Source of the DNA: Octopus vulgaris
Lineage: Eukaryota
Length of the DNA stretch: 64,000 bases
Reading direction: 5' to 3'
Assembly: GCA_951406725.2 (NCBI GenBank)
Contig: OX597817.1
Coordinates: 29,078,001-29,142,000 of the forward strand
The notes beneath the pieces are model-generated. The model saw only the letters and a program-made list of their open reading frames with translations, did no database searches and was not told where the DNA came from. Below are positions 52,632 to 64,000 of the stretch, in pieces. Both the position numbers and the translations under genes were made by a program. The number at the start of each line of letters is the position of its first letter. Positions within the stretch are counted from its first letter, which is position 1.

Positions 52632-52850
52632 CAGTGGTTTTCAACCAGGGTTCTGTGGAACCTTAGGGTTCCGCCAGTACAGTCCAGGGGTTCCGCAAGA
52701 AGTTACAAAACTGCTAAAATCGGCAGTAATTTTTAATTCTCCTGTGCAGATATGTGTTCATAAGACTATTAAATTATTGCACAGGGGTTCCTCGAGCCAG
52801 TGGAATGTTTCCTTGGGGTTCCGTTCCAGCAAAACGTTTGAAAAGCACTG
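52632..52850. mobile_element. hAT (Charlie-type) MITE, 219 bp
   Basis: TIRs CAGTGGTTTTCAA and TTGAAAAGCACTG; perfect 8-bp TSD CTCTATGC (52624-52631 and 52851-52858); repeated GGGTTCC subterminal motifs. Confidence 0.95.
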
Positions 52851-55800
52851 CTCTATGCTGTGATTGACCATTTAGAATGTTGTAGAGAACTGGTAAATAT
52901 TTAGGGTATGTGCTTTATGTTCTAAAACTTTACTAACATCATTGTTTTGAGGAAGTTGGATTCATTGAGGGCAAATGAATTTAGATATTCAAGAATATAT
53001 AAAAATTGGTTAGCAATCTGGTAAAGAATATGGGCCTGTTATAATAATTAATAATGATTTTATAATAATTTTAGTCTAATGTGCATTTTATGTTTCAGGT
53101 AGAAGTAATTGCTTTTTCATATTTAGTTGTCAATAACAGCAAAAAGTCTATTAACTTGTTTAAAATTTTTAAGAAACTAGCTCCTACACTCAAATTAATC
53201 TAGGTACCTAATTTATAGAATTTTAACTATGCAAATTAGAATTAGCATATTTAATGCATAAAACATTAGAGGTCTACTATAAGTAATTATGTATTAAAAA
53301 CAATGATTATAATCAGTGACAAATATTTTCATTTTTCTGGAAAATAGAGGAAGCAACTTTGGATACATTTGTCTTTATCGTGTCACTTTCATGAAACATA
53401 ATGTTCATCTTTAGACAAGATCTTTGTTTGTGGGAAAGATTTACTTTAACTTCTCCTTTTCATGGCTAAATAATTTTTTCTAGTTTACAGACTTTTTCTG
53501 CTTATTATTTGCAAACATCACTAATTTCCTTATATTCTTCACTATTTCAAATCATCCCTGTTTAAATCATGACTTTCACTATCTTTAATTACTTATGTCA
53601 ATCTTAATTTATTAAGAGCAATGCCTTTAATATACCAGTCATCTCGCATATCAGCTTTTCAACAAATTTGATTTGTTATTGCTGTCTACCACTTTACTTA
53701 TTTATCTTGAAATATTTAGTGTCTCTCAGACTCTTGTACAATCTTTGTAGCTTTATCAGTCCAAGCTTTTTTAATTAACTTACTGTCTAATCTTCATATA
53801 TTTCAGTGACAATATTTAAGCTAACTAGAAGCATTCCTAATTCATTCATCCTATTCCTTAATTATAAATATCAGTCATTTTCTACACGCTATATTGTTCC
53901 CTAGTGTTTCTGTCTGCTCATTTATACTGATTAAGTATGTAGACTCTTCAGATACACAATCTAGCCTCTTTTTATCTCTCGTTTTGTTACTTTGTGAAAT
54001 CTAGCCTTAAAGGAACACTCTGTTAGTTTATATAGCTTATACTGAATACTCCTAATAATCATTTTCTTCGTTTTCCTTTTTTAATAAACAGCCTGATATT
54101 AAATACTATAACTCTGTAAGGGAGCACATTTTTCAATTTGGTTGTGTATTTGTAGCTTTTAACTTATATCAGAAGGTTTTAAAATCACATTCTCCAGCCA
54201 ACAGCTGATAAGGGTGTGTACACTGTAGGCTGTGTGTAAAATGTATATAGTAAGTAACTGATTTCCAATCTTTCCAGACTGATCAATTGTCTATCAATCT
54301 TCTTATTTTTAGAATATGAAGGATTTCATTTATAATCCTGCACTGCAATTATAATATTTTCCCCATTTATTTGATTTTGGGTTTTGTAATCTAACATGAA
54401 ATTGGTTTTCTTGTTTATCACTTAATCCAACGTACAGATTATATACAAATACTTTTTTTGTGATAAATTTCATTTAAGTATATTTTTATCTTTCTGTGCA
54501 AAATATTCTTATATATTATTTTAAGACTCATTCAAGTTAATTGAAATTTTGTATAATGCATTCAAATAGTCTGTAGTATCATTTCATAAAACAAGAACAA
54601 ATAAATTTAGTAGGATTAGAATTTTATTTACTTATTATCAGCTACTAACTAAGACAGCTAAAACCTTTTGAAACTATTTCATATTATAATTGCAGTGTTT
54701 GCCCTGATGTAATAAGTCAACAACATAACTGCTCTTTTTTATTTACATAATCTGAAGCAGAAGGTTGTGCTCATGGCATTTGCAGGTCTTTTGAGAATGA
54801 AGTCAGTGCAGTTACTGTTACATGTAATTTCTGTAGCTTGATGCCAAAGGGAAAATGTGGATAGGAAATAGTTCTGTTATGGAAATACAGAAAAATATGT
54901 TTGCTATGGGGACTAAAGGTGGCAAGTAGAGAAAATGGCATATATTATTTGAGCTTTGGATCACTGCAGTATTCAGTTTGCATTCTCAGAATAGTATATG
55001 CCATTAAAAGAGACAGAAAAGAATGCATTCATAGTGCATTTGGGAATGAATTTTTACCAATTTCCTAAATGACATTTTTTAGTGTATTCTAAAGTGCTGT
55101 CATTAATTAGTTCCAGATCAATCTTCAGCTATGACCATCATGTATTTTTAGAAATATCGAGTACTACACTATCTCTCTCTTCTCCTTAGACTATTCGAGG
55201 AATGATATGTTAATGTCCCTAATAGCTAAAATGACCACATAGAGGCTCACAGCCTTGGACGATTATTTAGCATGCAAAAGCAACAATATCTTCCCTAATA
55301 TATGAGTAGTACTCTAATATGAATCACACTGGTGATTTGTATAAGGTCATTATCTAACTAGAATTGAAGTATTTTCCGGTTCTGAAGAAGAAACTTAGCC
55401 ATTACCATTTAAGTTGAACAATGATATTTTGTAATGTTATAGATGTTTGGTTATCTTGAGATATCGTCAAGGATTGTAAGGTTCAGCATTTCTGGTGAGT
55501 TTTAATGTTTTAGCTGTGGAAGTTTGCATACTTATGTTTAGTCTTACAAAATAACAAATTGCTTGATATTTGTATCGTTTATTTTAGTGTCATTAAAAGA
55601 GATTATAATGCCATGTACCCATTGAAGCATGTATTTTGAGGTTTCTTTTTACAAAACCTTTACAATTCTAAAGTGACATGAAAAGATAGAATGACCTCTG
55701 CGTACTGAAAACTAAAGAATAATGAAGGGTGTAGTCGTTTATGATGGTGTATGTATGGTTACAAATCAAGAAGATAATGAATGTAAAGAAAGAGAATTGT

Positions 55801-56293
55801 GGGAAGCATAACTAAATGCTGAGGTACACCAGAGTAAATATAAGGGATAAAGTGAACTCCATCAATGGATACTACAACGGAATGCTTTACAAATCAATTT
55901 CTACTCCAAGTGATAAGAGACAGATAGCACCAGTGAATTGATTAATTAAGTAGGAAGAACTTGTTCCTTGTGTCATTGATAATGTAAAAGGAACATTACT
56001 GTTTTTACTCATATTTGTAAAGCAAGTAATACTTGATCTAAGAAAATACATTTTCTGTAGATCTGGCTTTCAGAAAATTGTACTGGTGGTCAATGAGAAA
56101 GAGAGAAGTCTTAAGTATTTACATATAAAAATTGTTTATGCTCATGAACGACAAATTGTGAGAAGCCATTTAACATTTTCTCTCTTAAAAACCAGTCGTT
56201 GGTACACTTCCACTATTTGAAAATACATATTTCTTAATTCTCATTATATCAATTTCAAGCATGCTGTCCTTTGATAAGAAATATTCTTAGACA

Positions 56294-56684
56294 GGAGGCG
56301 CAATGGCCCAGTGGTTAGGGCAGCGGACTCGCGGTCATAGGATCGCGGTTTTGATTCCCAGACCGGGCGTTGTGAGTGTTTATTGAGCGAAAACACCTAA
56401 AGCTCCACGAGGCTCCGGCAGGGGATGGTGGTGATCCCTGCTGTACTCTTTTACCACAACTTTCTCTCACTCTTACTTCCTGTTTCTGTTGTACCTGTAT
56501 TTCAAAGGGCCGGCCTTGTCACTCTCTGTGTCACGCTGAATATCCCCGAGAACTACGTTAAGGGTACACGTGTCTGTGGAGTGCTCAGCCACTTACATGT
56601 TAATTTCACGAGCAGGCTGTTCCATTGATTCGGATCAACCGGAACCCTCGTTATCGTAACCGACGGAGTGCTTCCAAAAAAAAA
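56294..56684 (+). mobile_element. young tRNA-derived SINE (octopus OR-type) with an A tail and an 11-bp TSD
   Basis: GGAGGCGCAATGGCCCAGTGGTTAGGGC..GGTTTTGATTCCC head; TSD ATTCTTAGACA at 56283-56293 and 56685-56695. Confidence 0.95.
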
Positions 56685-56772
56685 ATTCTTAGACAACAAA
56701 AATCGTGATTCAGAATTGTATTAGAAATATACACTTGCTTTATTTCTTGTGTGTCTACATAGTTAAGAAAGT

Positions 56773-56960
56773 GCAGGCATGGTTGTGTGGTAAGAAATTT
56801 ACTTCTCAACCACATAGTTCCAGGTTCAGTACCACTGCATGGCAACTTGGTCAAATATTTTTTTTACTATAGCCCCAGACTGACCTAAGTCCTGTGAGTG
56901 AATTTGTTTGAGAGAAACTGAAAGAAGCTCTTCATGCATGTTTATATATTTTTATATATA
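56773..56960 (+). mobile_element. SINE family A, 5' half, diverged
   Basis: GCAGGCATGGTTGTGTGGTAAGAAAT..GGTTCAGTACCACTGC..GAAACTGAAAGAAGC. Confidence 0.8.
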
Positions 56961-57234
56961 TATATGCTGGTGTCAAACAGTGAAAATGGGTGCTCAACAC
57001 TACTTTGGTAGATAAATATTTATTATTTGTTTGTTAACAAGGCAACCATTGGTTTCATGTAAAGAGGAATCTTTTAACAAGTACCAATGTTTCCATGAGG
57101 CGAGATTATTTATTTAACTTAGGCAACTTGAGTAGACCAGTATTTTGTACTGTCTGATTATGAAGAATATGTTATAAGTAAGATTTAATAAATATTTTCA
57201 ACTACTATGTTAATAGTAATAATAATAATGATAA

Positions 57235-57512
57235 ATATGCCAGTGCCTCCCAACTGCCTCCTGTGCCAGTGACACATGAAAAGCACCATTTGAGTATGGT
57301 CAATGCCAGTGCTGCCTGACTTGGCCTCCATGCTGGTGACACATACAAAGTACCCACTACACTCTCAAACTGGTTGGCGTTAGGAAAGGCATCTAACTGT
57401 AGATCAGACTGGAGCCTGGTGCAGCCTCCAAGTTTGCTGGTCCTTAATCAAACCGTCCAACCCATGCCAACATGGAAGGCAGATGTTAAACGATGACGAT
57501 GATGATGATGAT
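57235..57512 (+). mobile_element. RTE 3' UTR fragment with (GAT)n tail
   Basis: GGTTGGCGTTAGGAAAGGCATC..GTCCAACCCATGCCAACATGGAAGGCAGATGTTAAACGATGACGATGATG. Confidence 0.85.
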
Positions 57513-57555
57513 AGTAATGTCAGCAAAATCAGTTATAATGCCGTTATTCTTTCAA

Positions 57556-57830
57556 TATCATCACCATCATCATTTAACATTTGTTTTCTATTGCTGGCAT
57601 AAGTTGGATGATAGGTTGGATAAGATGAGTCACTGGGCTGTGTCATTTCAGCTTTAGAATGTTTTCTATGGTTTGATGCCCTTCCTAATGGCAACCACTT
57701 TACAGCATGTACTGGGTGCTTTTTTTTTTTTGTGCCTTCAGCACTTGTGTGGTTGCCAAGTAACTTCCAAGATAGAAAAGTCCCTTGACTAAGTGGAGTG
57801 AGTATTTGAGAAGGTGAAGAGGTGATTATA
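57556..57830 (-). mobile_element. RTE 3' UTR fragment, tail-to-tail with the previous copy
   Basis: CATCATTTAACATTTG..GCTGGCATAAGTTGGA..GATGCCCTTCCTAATGGCAACCACTTTACAG. Confidence 0.8.
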
Positions 57831-58929
57831 GGCTAAGGACTAGCAAATGTGTTCATGCTAAAATATCATAAGCTGTAGGTAGAGTTGTTTGAACATTGAA
57901 CAAAAATTTCATGTATCTTTCAAGAGTGTTTCAAACAAATATTTTCTGGCGAGTTTCATCATGTCTGGAAAAAAAAAGCATATCAGTGGAAGATGTTTTT
58001 ATCTTTAATATCAGCATCATCACTGATTTAGGTGTCACACTCTTGTGTGGGTCATAATTGTATTTTGCTGAAGGTTAACAATTGATCAGAATAGAAGCAA
58101 TATCTTATTCTGGGATTGATAAATGTAACAATTAAGAAATTATTTATTTTATCAACTCCAGTGAAAATTTAAGAATTTTCTCATGTTTACAAGGGAGAGA
58201 TACAGTATATTGAATCAACCTTCTGATATGACTGGTATTTGTTTTATTGATCTGAGAGAGAGAGAGATAAAAGCAAAAATATATAATAGCATGATCTGAG
58301 TTCAGAAAGTAAAATACATATCTAATGCATGAACTTTTATGTCAAGATACCAGTAATATCTTGTTAATAACATACTCAGTTCAGATCTTCTGATAATAAT
58401 ACTATCACCTTTACAATGTTGGAGGATTTATTCTGCAAGCATGCTGTCAATATATACTATACTACTTTGTATTAGTCCTAACCCTGTTAACAGTTGCTTG
58501 AAATTTTCTTAATATGATGGCACCTAAGCTAAAGTAGACACAAAATATAGCTCAGATACTTAGGCAAGCATTCACATGTGTACTTTCATACATGTAGATA
58601 CCATACAACAGCAACTAGTAATGAAGAAGTTCAGTGGTTTTCAAATACTTCAAATCTTGTTTTAACTATTCTGATATGCCTGTAGGCAAAGCACAAAAGA
58701 ACGCTTTCAATATTCTGCTTGACTGATAATTAGTATCATTGCAGGTTCACAGCTGAATAGTTAAGGGTAAGATGGCATGTAAAATCATTTACTCTGACAA
58801 CAATATGCTAATATCAATATTTGTTACAGCTATCCGACTAATAACAGCGTGAAAAATTGGATTTAAAACATAAAATAATAAACAAGCAAAACAAAATTAC
58901 TAAGATATTGTTTCTAATTTATAAGAAAA

Positions 58930-59313
58930 CTAGCAGTATCGCCCGGCGTTGCTCAGGTTTGTAAGGGAAATAACTATAAAGCATTTTTAGAGAGTGATAG
59001 CCAAAAAATAGCAAAAAAATGGAAAAAAATGATGGTAAATTTTTTTTTGAGATTTAAAAAAGGTGGAGTTGCGTCCCCTAGACAGTTTGTGGTTCGTGTT
59101 TCTGATTCTCGACCCCATGTCGAATTTATCGATTTTTTCAGAACTGGGGGAACTTTTCAAAATTTTCGCTGCGTTAGTTTTGAATTATGACATTGGGCTA
59201 CGTGTGTGTCAAGTTTCATCAGAATCGGTTGAAAGCCGTGGTCAGGGTGAGGGTACAAGCAAACAGACACACAGAAACACGCACAGACAAACTGCCGTTT
59301 ATATATAGAGAGA
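58930..59313 (-). mobile_element. non-autonomous Helitron
   Basis: Minus strand begins A|TCTCTCTATATATAAA and ends with a hairpin (CCTGAGCAACGCCGGG) about 11 nt before CTAG|T; A/T insertion site, no TSD. Confidence 0.92.
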
Positions 59314-59339
59314 TAATGGCCACAGTCAAATGACTGAAA

Positions 59340-59519
59340 CATCATCATCATCATCGTTTATCGTCCGTTTTCCGCGCTAGCACGGGTTCGACGGTTCGAC
59401 CGGGGACTGGGAAGCCAGGGGCTGCACCAGGCTCCAGTCTGATCTGGCAGTGTTTCTACAGCTGGATGCCCTACCTAATGCCAACCACTCCACGAGTGTA
59501 GTGGGTGCTTTTTACATGG
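59340..59519 (-). mobile_element. RTE 3'-end fragment
   Basis: (CAT)n CGTTTATCGTCCGTTTTCCGCGCTAGCACGGG..GCCAACCACTCCACGAGTGTAGTGGGTGC. Confidence 0.9.
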
Positions 59520-59768
59520 AGAATAATGATTTATTTTGATTGAGCGCAAAATCAGTTTTGGGGACATTGAGAGTATTGTCAAATGATTTTATTCTGCTGT
59601 GTTCCTGGCTTGATTACTGATATTTTCTTATACATAATAAAGTAACAGGCTGTGGTATTTAGTTAAAATTCTTTTGTATCCTAAATTCAAGTCTAGTGGT
59701 GTTGATTTTACATTTCATACCTCCAGGTGGACAGATGTCATGTAAAATTACTTGATTATTGAATGTGT

Positions 59769-59918
59769 GCAGGCATGACTGTGTGGATCAGAAATTTGCT
59801 TTACACCTATGTGGTTTGTGGTTTAATCCTACCTTGTAGCACCTTAGTAAAGTGTCCTCTTATTAAAACAGTCTTAAGTAGACCAGTTTTTTGTTAGGGA
59901 AATTTGATAGACACAGAC
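59769..59918 (+). mobile_element. old family A SINE 5' part, ending at the mariner TIR
   Basis: GCAGGCATGACTGTGTGG..GCACCTTAGTAAAGTGTC..AATTTGATAGAC. Confidence 0.6.
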
Positions 59919-59920
59919 TA

Positions 59921-60990
59921 TGGGTCATCACATAAATAATGCAGTTTTTTTATACTTCTTTTCTTTTTCAGAATTAAGATAAGCAAAGTTCTTTTTTAAT
60001 CGAAAATATACTCTCCTTTATTTTCTACAATGCTCTTCCATCTATCTGGTAGATTTATAAGGTCCCAATTCCAAAATCCACTTGTCTGTGACAAAAAATA
60101 CTCCTCCATTACTGTTCTGATCTCATCATCATCATCATCGTTTAGCGTCCACTTTCCATGCTAGCATGGGTTCGACGGTTCAACTGGGGTCTGGGAAGCC
60201 AGAAGGCTGCACCAGGCACAGTCTGATCTGGCAATGTTTCTACGGCTGGATGCCCTTCCTAATGCCAACTACAGAATTCGTCTACAGAATTCATATTTTT
60301 TCCATCCAAGTGATTTTGAAGACTGAAAAATAAATGATAATCAGATGAGGCAATGTCCGGTGAATATAGTGGGTGGGGCATCTTTTCCATTCAGCCTTTG
60401 AAATGTCATCCTCGCTGTATGTGGCTGAGCATTATCCTAATGGAAGAACACCTTTCATCTTGAAGCCAAAGATGGTCATTTTCCGTCTAGCGCTGACTTA
60501 AGCCGCTCAAGCTGCTCACAGTAGATCTCCTTTCTTATCATTTGGTTTGGGTTTAAAAGTTCAAAGTGGACTAAACCTTTCATATCCCACCAAACAAATA
60601 ACAACACCTTACATGGGTGAAGACCTTCTTTAGCCTGGGGTGCCAGTATTTCTCCTTTCCCTACCCACTGTCTTCTGCACTTGACATTTTCATAGTGAAC
60701 CTATTTCTCATCACCAGTCTTAATGCAGTCCAAAAAAGGTTCATTCATGAGATGTGACAGAAAAGAAGAGCACACATTCACTCTCTACATATGATTAGAC
60801 TCAGAAAGTTTGTGAGGAACTCATTGACCCAATTTGCTGACTTTTCTGATGGCACACAGGTGTCAATGAATGGTTGAATGACCAAATCCAAGCTTCTCTG
60901 CTAGTTTCTCATCAGTTAGGATGGGATTTTGTTCCACCAGGGTTTGCAAAATGTCTTTGTCGAGCTCTACAGATCTTTCGGGACGAGGCT
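59921..60990 (-). mobile_element. second copy of the mariner family (5'-truncated), interrupted by an RTE tail
   Basis: TA-TGGGTCATCACATAAATAATGCAG terminus; colinear with 23180-24110; retains MPHPLYSPDIASSDYHLF (YSPDLAP motif) on the minus strand. Confidence 0.92.
60124..60268 (-). mobile_element. RTE 3'-end fragment inserted in the mariner
   Basis: Absent at the equivalent site of copy 1 (GACCTCGTCTACAGAATTC, ~23380). Confidence 0.92.
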
Positions 60991-61379
60991 CAGCAAAATA
61001 TTCTGTGTGGTATTTGTTCCGCAACAAGTTTCACAGGCAATCTTTTGTCACTTTAAGTTTCCAAAAGGGAATTAGTATTTCACATATTGAATGATCTGGT
61101 AGCTGGCTTGCTGGAAACTTATAACCAAAGATATTATAAAATATAGTATGAAAGATAATGCTGAATCCAGTAAATTAATATTCATAATTGGAAAAGTAGT
61201 AAGGATATACTTTGGTTCAACATAAGGACTCTAATATGAAATGAAAAAGTCATGATGATGAGGTGACACTCATACATTTCCATAGAATTTTAGTAATATA
61301 AACTGAAATGCCTGATAATAATTGTAATTGAAAGTGTTGCTAACATGGATCAGCTTCTACAATATCATCTATTAAATAT

Positions 61380-61675
61380 CACGTGATCACGTGACCGACC
61401 AGACCATCAGATGTTACTACACATCGCTGGTCACAATGCGTTTGCATTGTTTTAGCCTTCGAATGACGCCACCCCGCAGGCTAAGTGAGCAGGCCAACAG
61501 AAGAAAGAATGAGAGAAAGAGTACAGCAGGGATCACCACCCGCTGCCGGAGCCTCGTGGAGCTTTTTTAGGTGTTTTCGCTCAATAAACACACACAACGC
61601 CCGGTCTAGGAATCAAAACCGCGATCCTACGACCGCGAGTCTGCTGCCCTAACCACTGGGCCATTGCGCCTCCAC
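61380..61675 (-). mobile_element. young tRNA-derived SINE with the same head as 56294, a different 3' half and an 11-bp TSD
   Basis: Minus head GTGGAGGCGCAATGGCCCAGTGGTTAGGGCAGC; TSD CTATTAAATAT at 61369-61379 and 61676-61686; tail CACGTGATCACGTG. Confidence 0.95.
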
Positions 61676-62671
61676 CTATTAAATATAAGCAGCTGAATGT
61701 ATACAATTGCGTTCAAGGGATTATAGAATTAATTATGCATATCTTGAGCAAGTAACTGCAGTGCTACCAGTTAATCCTGCTAGAATCAAAGACAGCATTT
61801 GCATTATAAAATGCTATCAATTCCATGTTGTATGTATTAAATGCATTACTCTAACAACAGACACTATCCTTAAAATACACTATTTCAAGGATGGTCTTTG
61901 CTTTGTGGCTTTTTCATTGTCTTTTCTCTCTTGACTTCTTTCTTATGCATCTTTCTTCTGTCTCTCCTCTTGTTTTTTCTTTAATTCTGTTGCTATCAAT
62001 TTGTCTCTACATTTATTTCTTTTCATGTAATTTCTTATCTTTTAGGTACCATTTTTGTGTCTCTGTCTATCCAACAATGTGTAATTCCCTGTGTTCCCCC
62101 ACATCTGTCTGTTCTTTTGTTTCTGTTTCTCTGTTGCTGATCCTTTCTTTCTCTCCATCAACCTTCTAATGGAAAGTTTCAAGTTACATTTTTTTCAAGT
62201 AGTTAATCTTGTAATTACATCATCATCATCATCGTTTAACGTCCGTTTTCCATGCTAGCACGGGTTGTGAATATATATGTGTTTGTGTCTGTATATATGT
62301 GTATTTTATTTATTTGTATGTATTAATGTATATTATATCTATAGAAGTACAAGTTTATGTATGTACATATTATGTATATTATATTTGTGTAATCCCAGTC
62401 CATAAGTCTGTCTTTGTCACTTTGATTGAATTTTTCCAGGACACTAAAGACATATGTTGTTGATCATTAATCTATAGATTGTATCATTTACTTACTTTAG
62501 TTAATTTTGATCTTTTTCTCATTACTTTTTCTTTGATGTATATCTAAACAGAAATCTATTATGCAAATCCAAATGAAAATCATTAGCTTTGAAATTAATC
62601 CAATTGACTGTATAACAAAAACTAGTAAGGGTTTCTAAGTTTCTTCCTCAAACATCTGATGCTGTTTATTC

Positions 62672-62733
62672 TCTTTCTCAACTTTTCCTCGTTTGCAAAT
62701 TTTCTTTCTCAACTTTTCCTCGTTTGCAAATTT
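62672..62733. repeat. perfect 31-bp tandem duplication
   Basis: TCTTTCTCAACTTTTCCTCGTTTGCAAATTT twice. Confidence 0.95.
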
Positions 62734-62899
62734 TCTTCTCTCGGTCTAGCATTATTACTATCTATATAAATCCTTTCACATTTGTAATATAGCAGTTCAT
62801 TTAGTTATACTGGAAATATTTGTGGGTATTTTTAATGGAAGTGTATTGCTCCTTCTTATGCATTGTTATTTAGGTCACAGAGCTCTGTCTCTCTATCTG

Positions 62900-63578
62900 A
62901 TGGTCAACACGATTGCTATTTCCTCTCTGTAAGTGAAACATTAACCTAAGATGTCTCTGGGATGTTTGTGTTAACTCCCTCAGATCTGGGCCCTATGTCT
63001 AACTTTAACCTCCACCTGGGCTCCTGAGCCAAAATAATAAATACCTGCATACACAGCTCAAAAGTAATGATTGCAGGTAAACTAATGGATAGAATCACAA
63101 AACAAAATTGAGAATAACAATAATGGGACTATCTCTCAACTCCCATATTTGTTGCAAATCACTACTTCCCTCATCACTTTCACTTGTTTGATTGTCCGAA
63201 TCCCTCTCATTGTCTGCATTTGGGTAAACTCTTCAGCTGAAGAATAAACATCATCAATAATTTCCTCAAATGTAAAGAGTCCAAGCCTTGCTCATTTACC
63301 AGACAAAGTGTTGGTTTCATCACATGCTCATTTCATAGGAAATAAATCCATTCTGGGTTTTTTTTGTTTTTTTTCCTGATCAAAATCAAAAGTAAACAAC
63401 ACTATTGACAATAAGTCATTAACACATTTGGCTACAGAGCTACAATGTGATCAGTTGTCTGTTTTCAGTATTTTATCTTTTTCCACATGTGGTGTCCATT
63501 ACCACTTTAACAGGAATCCAATAGAGATTACATTTAAGCTATTCCTGCTACACTAGGAACATGACTCAAAAGGGTTAA
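62900..63578 (-). mobile_element. possible decayed piggyBac 5' end
   Basis: Minus strand TTAA-CCCTTTTGAGTC terminus at 63578, followed by a frameshifted acidic tract (EEIIDDVYSSAEEF / NADNERDSDNQTSESDEGSSDLQQIW) like piggyBac N-termini. Confidence 0.35.
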
Positions 63579-64000
63579 ACTGATTCTCACATAGACTGCA
63601 CACTCTCCATTGAAGTAGTTATCAGTTTCTGCAGAAGTTATGACCAAGTCACCTTTGTCATTTTATGATAGATTTTGTGTCCAAGCTACCTGTGATACAG
63701 TGATAATTTTAAGTCATTACTGAAAATACTGACACCGCGCCATCACTTTACTTCAGGTTTTAGTCAGGTTTGTCACATTTTCATGATGGTTGAATAATGG
63801 AATATTTAATCTTTAATGGTGTTTAAGATTATGTGTGTATTCTGCTGTGAACATAATATATTGTCTTGTGTTGGTCTCTGTAGTAGTAGTAGCAGTATAT
63901 TTTGTCACATATTTTGCAATATAGCTATCTAAGAAAAGCCATCCACCATTCCTCCTATATGCTTGTTTGTAGCTTAGTTTTAGAAGGAAAATACATTTTC

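Noticed and set aside
56294-56370. tRNA-like sequence (also 31140-31221 and 61600-61675)
   Set aside because: These are SINE heads: they continue into SINE bodies bounded by TSDs and lack a proper acceptor stem.

Overview
AT-rich, repeat-dense eukaryotic non-coding DNA (intron or intergenic). The SINE, MITE and LINE families point to a coleoid cephalopod, probably Octopus (inferred from recognising the repeats). No host protein-coding exon can be supported: the ORF track is almost all spurious or transposon-derived. Contents: several tRNA-headed SINE families (three copies with clean 11-14 bp TSDs), many RTE LINE fragments and their (GAT)n-tailed 3' ends, a nest of four R4/Dong-type REL-endonuclease retroelement 3' ends, CR1-type fragments, two decayed copies of one mariner family, an internally deleted piggyBac and related TTAA MITEs, a hAT MITE with a perfect 8-bp TSD, a non-autonomous Helitron and a Helentron/DINE-1-like element. 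The most unusual structure is a ~610-bp fold-back at 8163-8771. It has ~290-bp arms about 90% identical by eye, and each arm carries a hammerhead-ribozyme-like core (CTGATGA...GAAACAGCTGTT|AG) with a long helix II insert and an oppositely oriented TATA-like box. This resembles an inverted pair of Penelope-type pseudo-LTRs or a retrozyme-like element.
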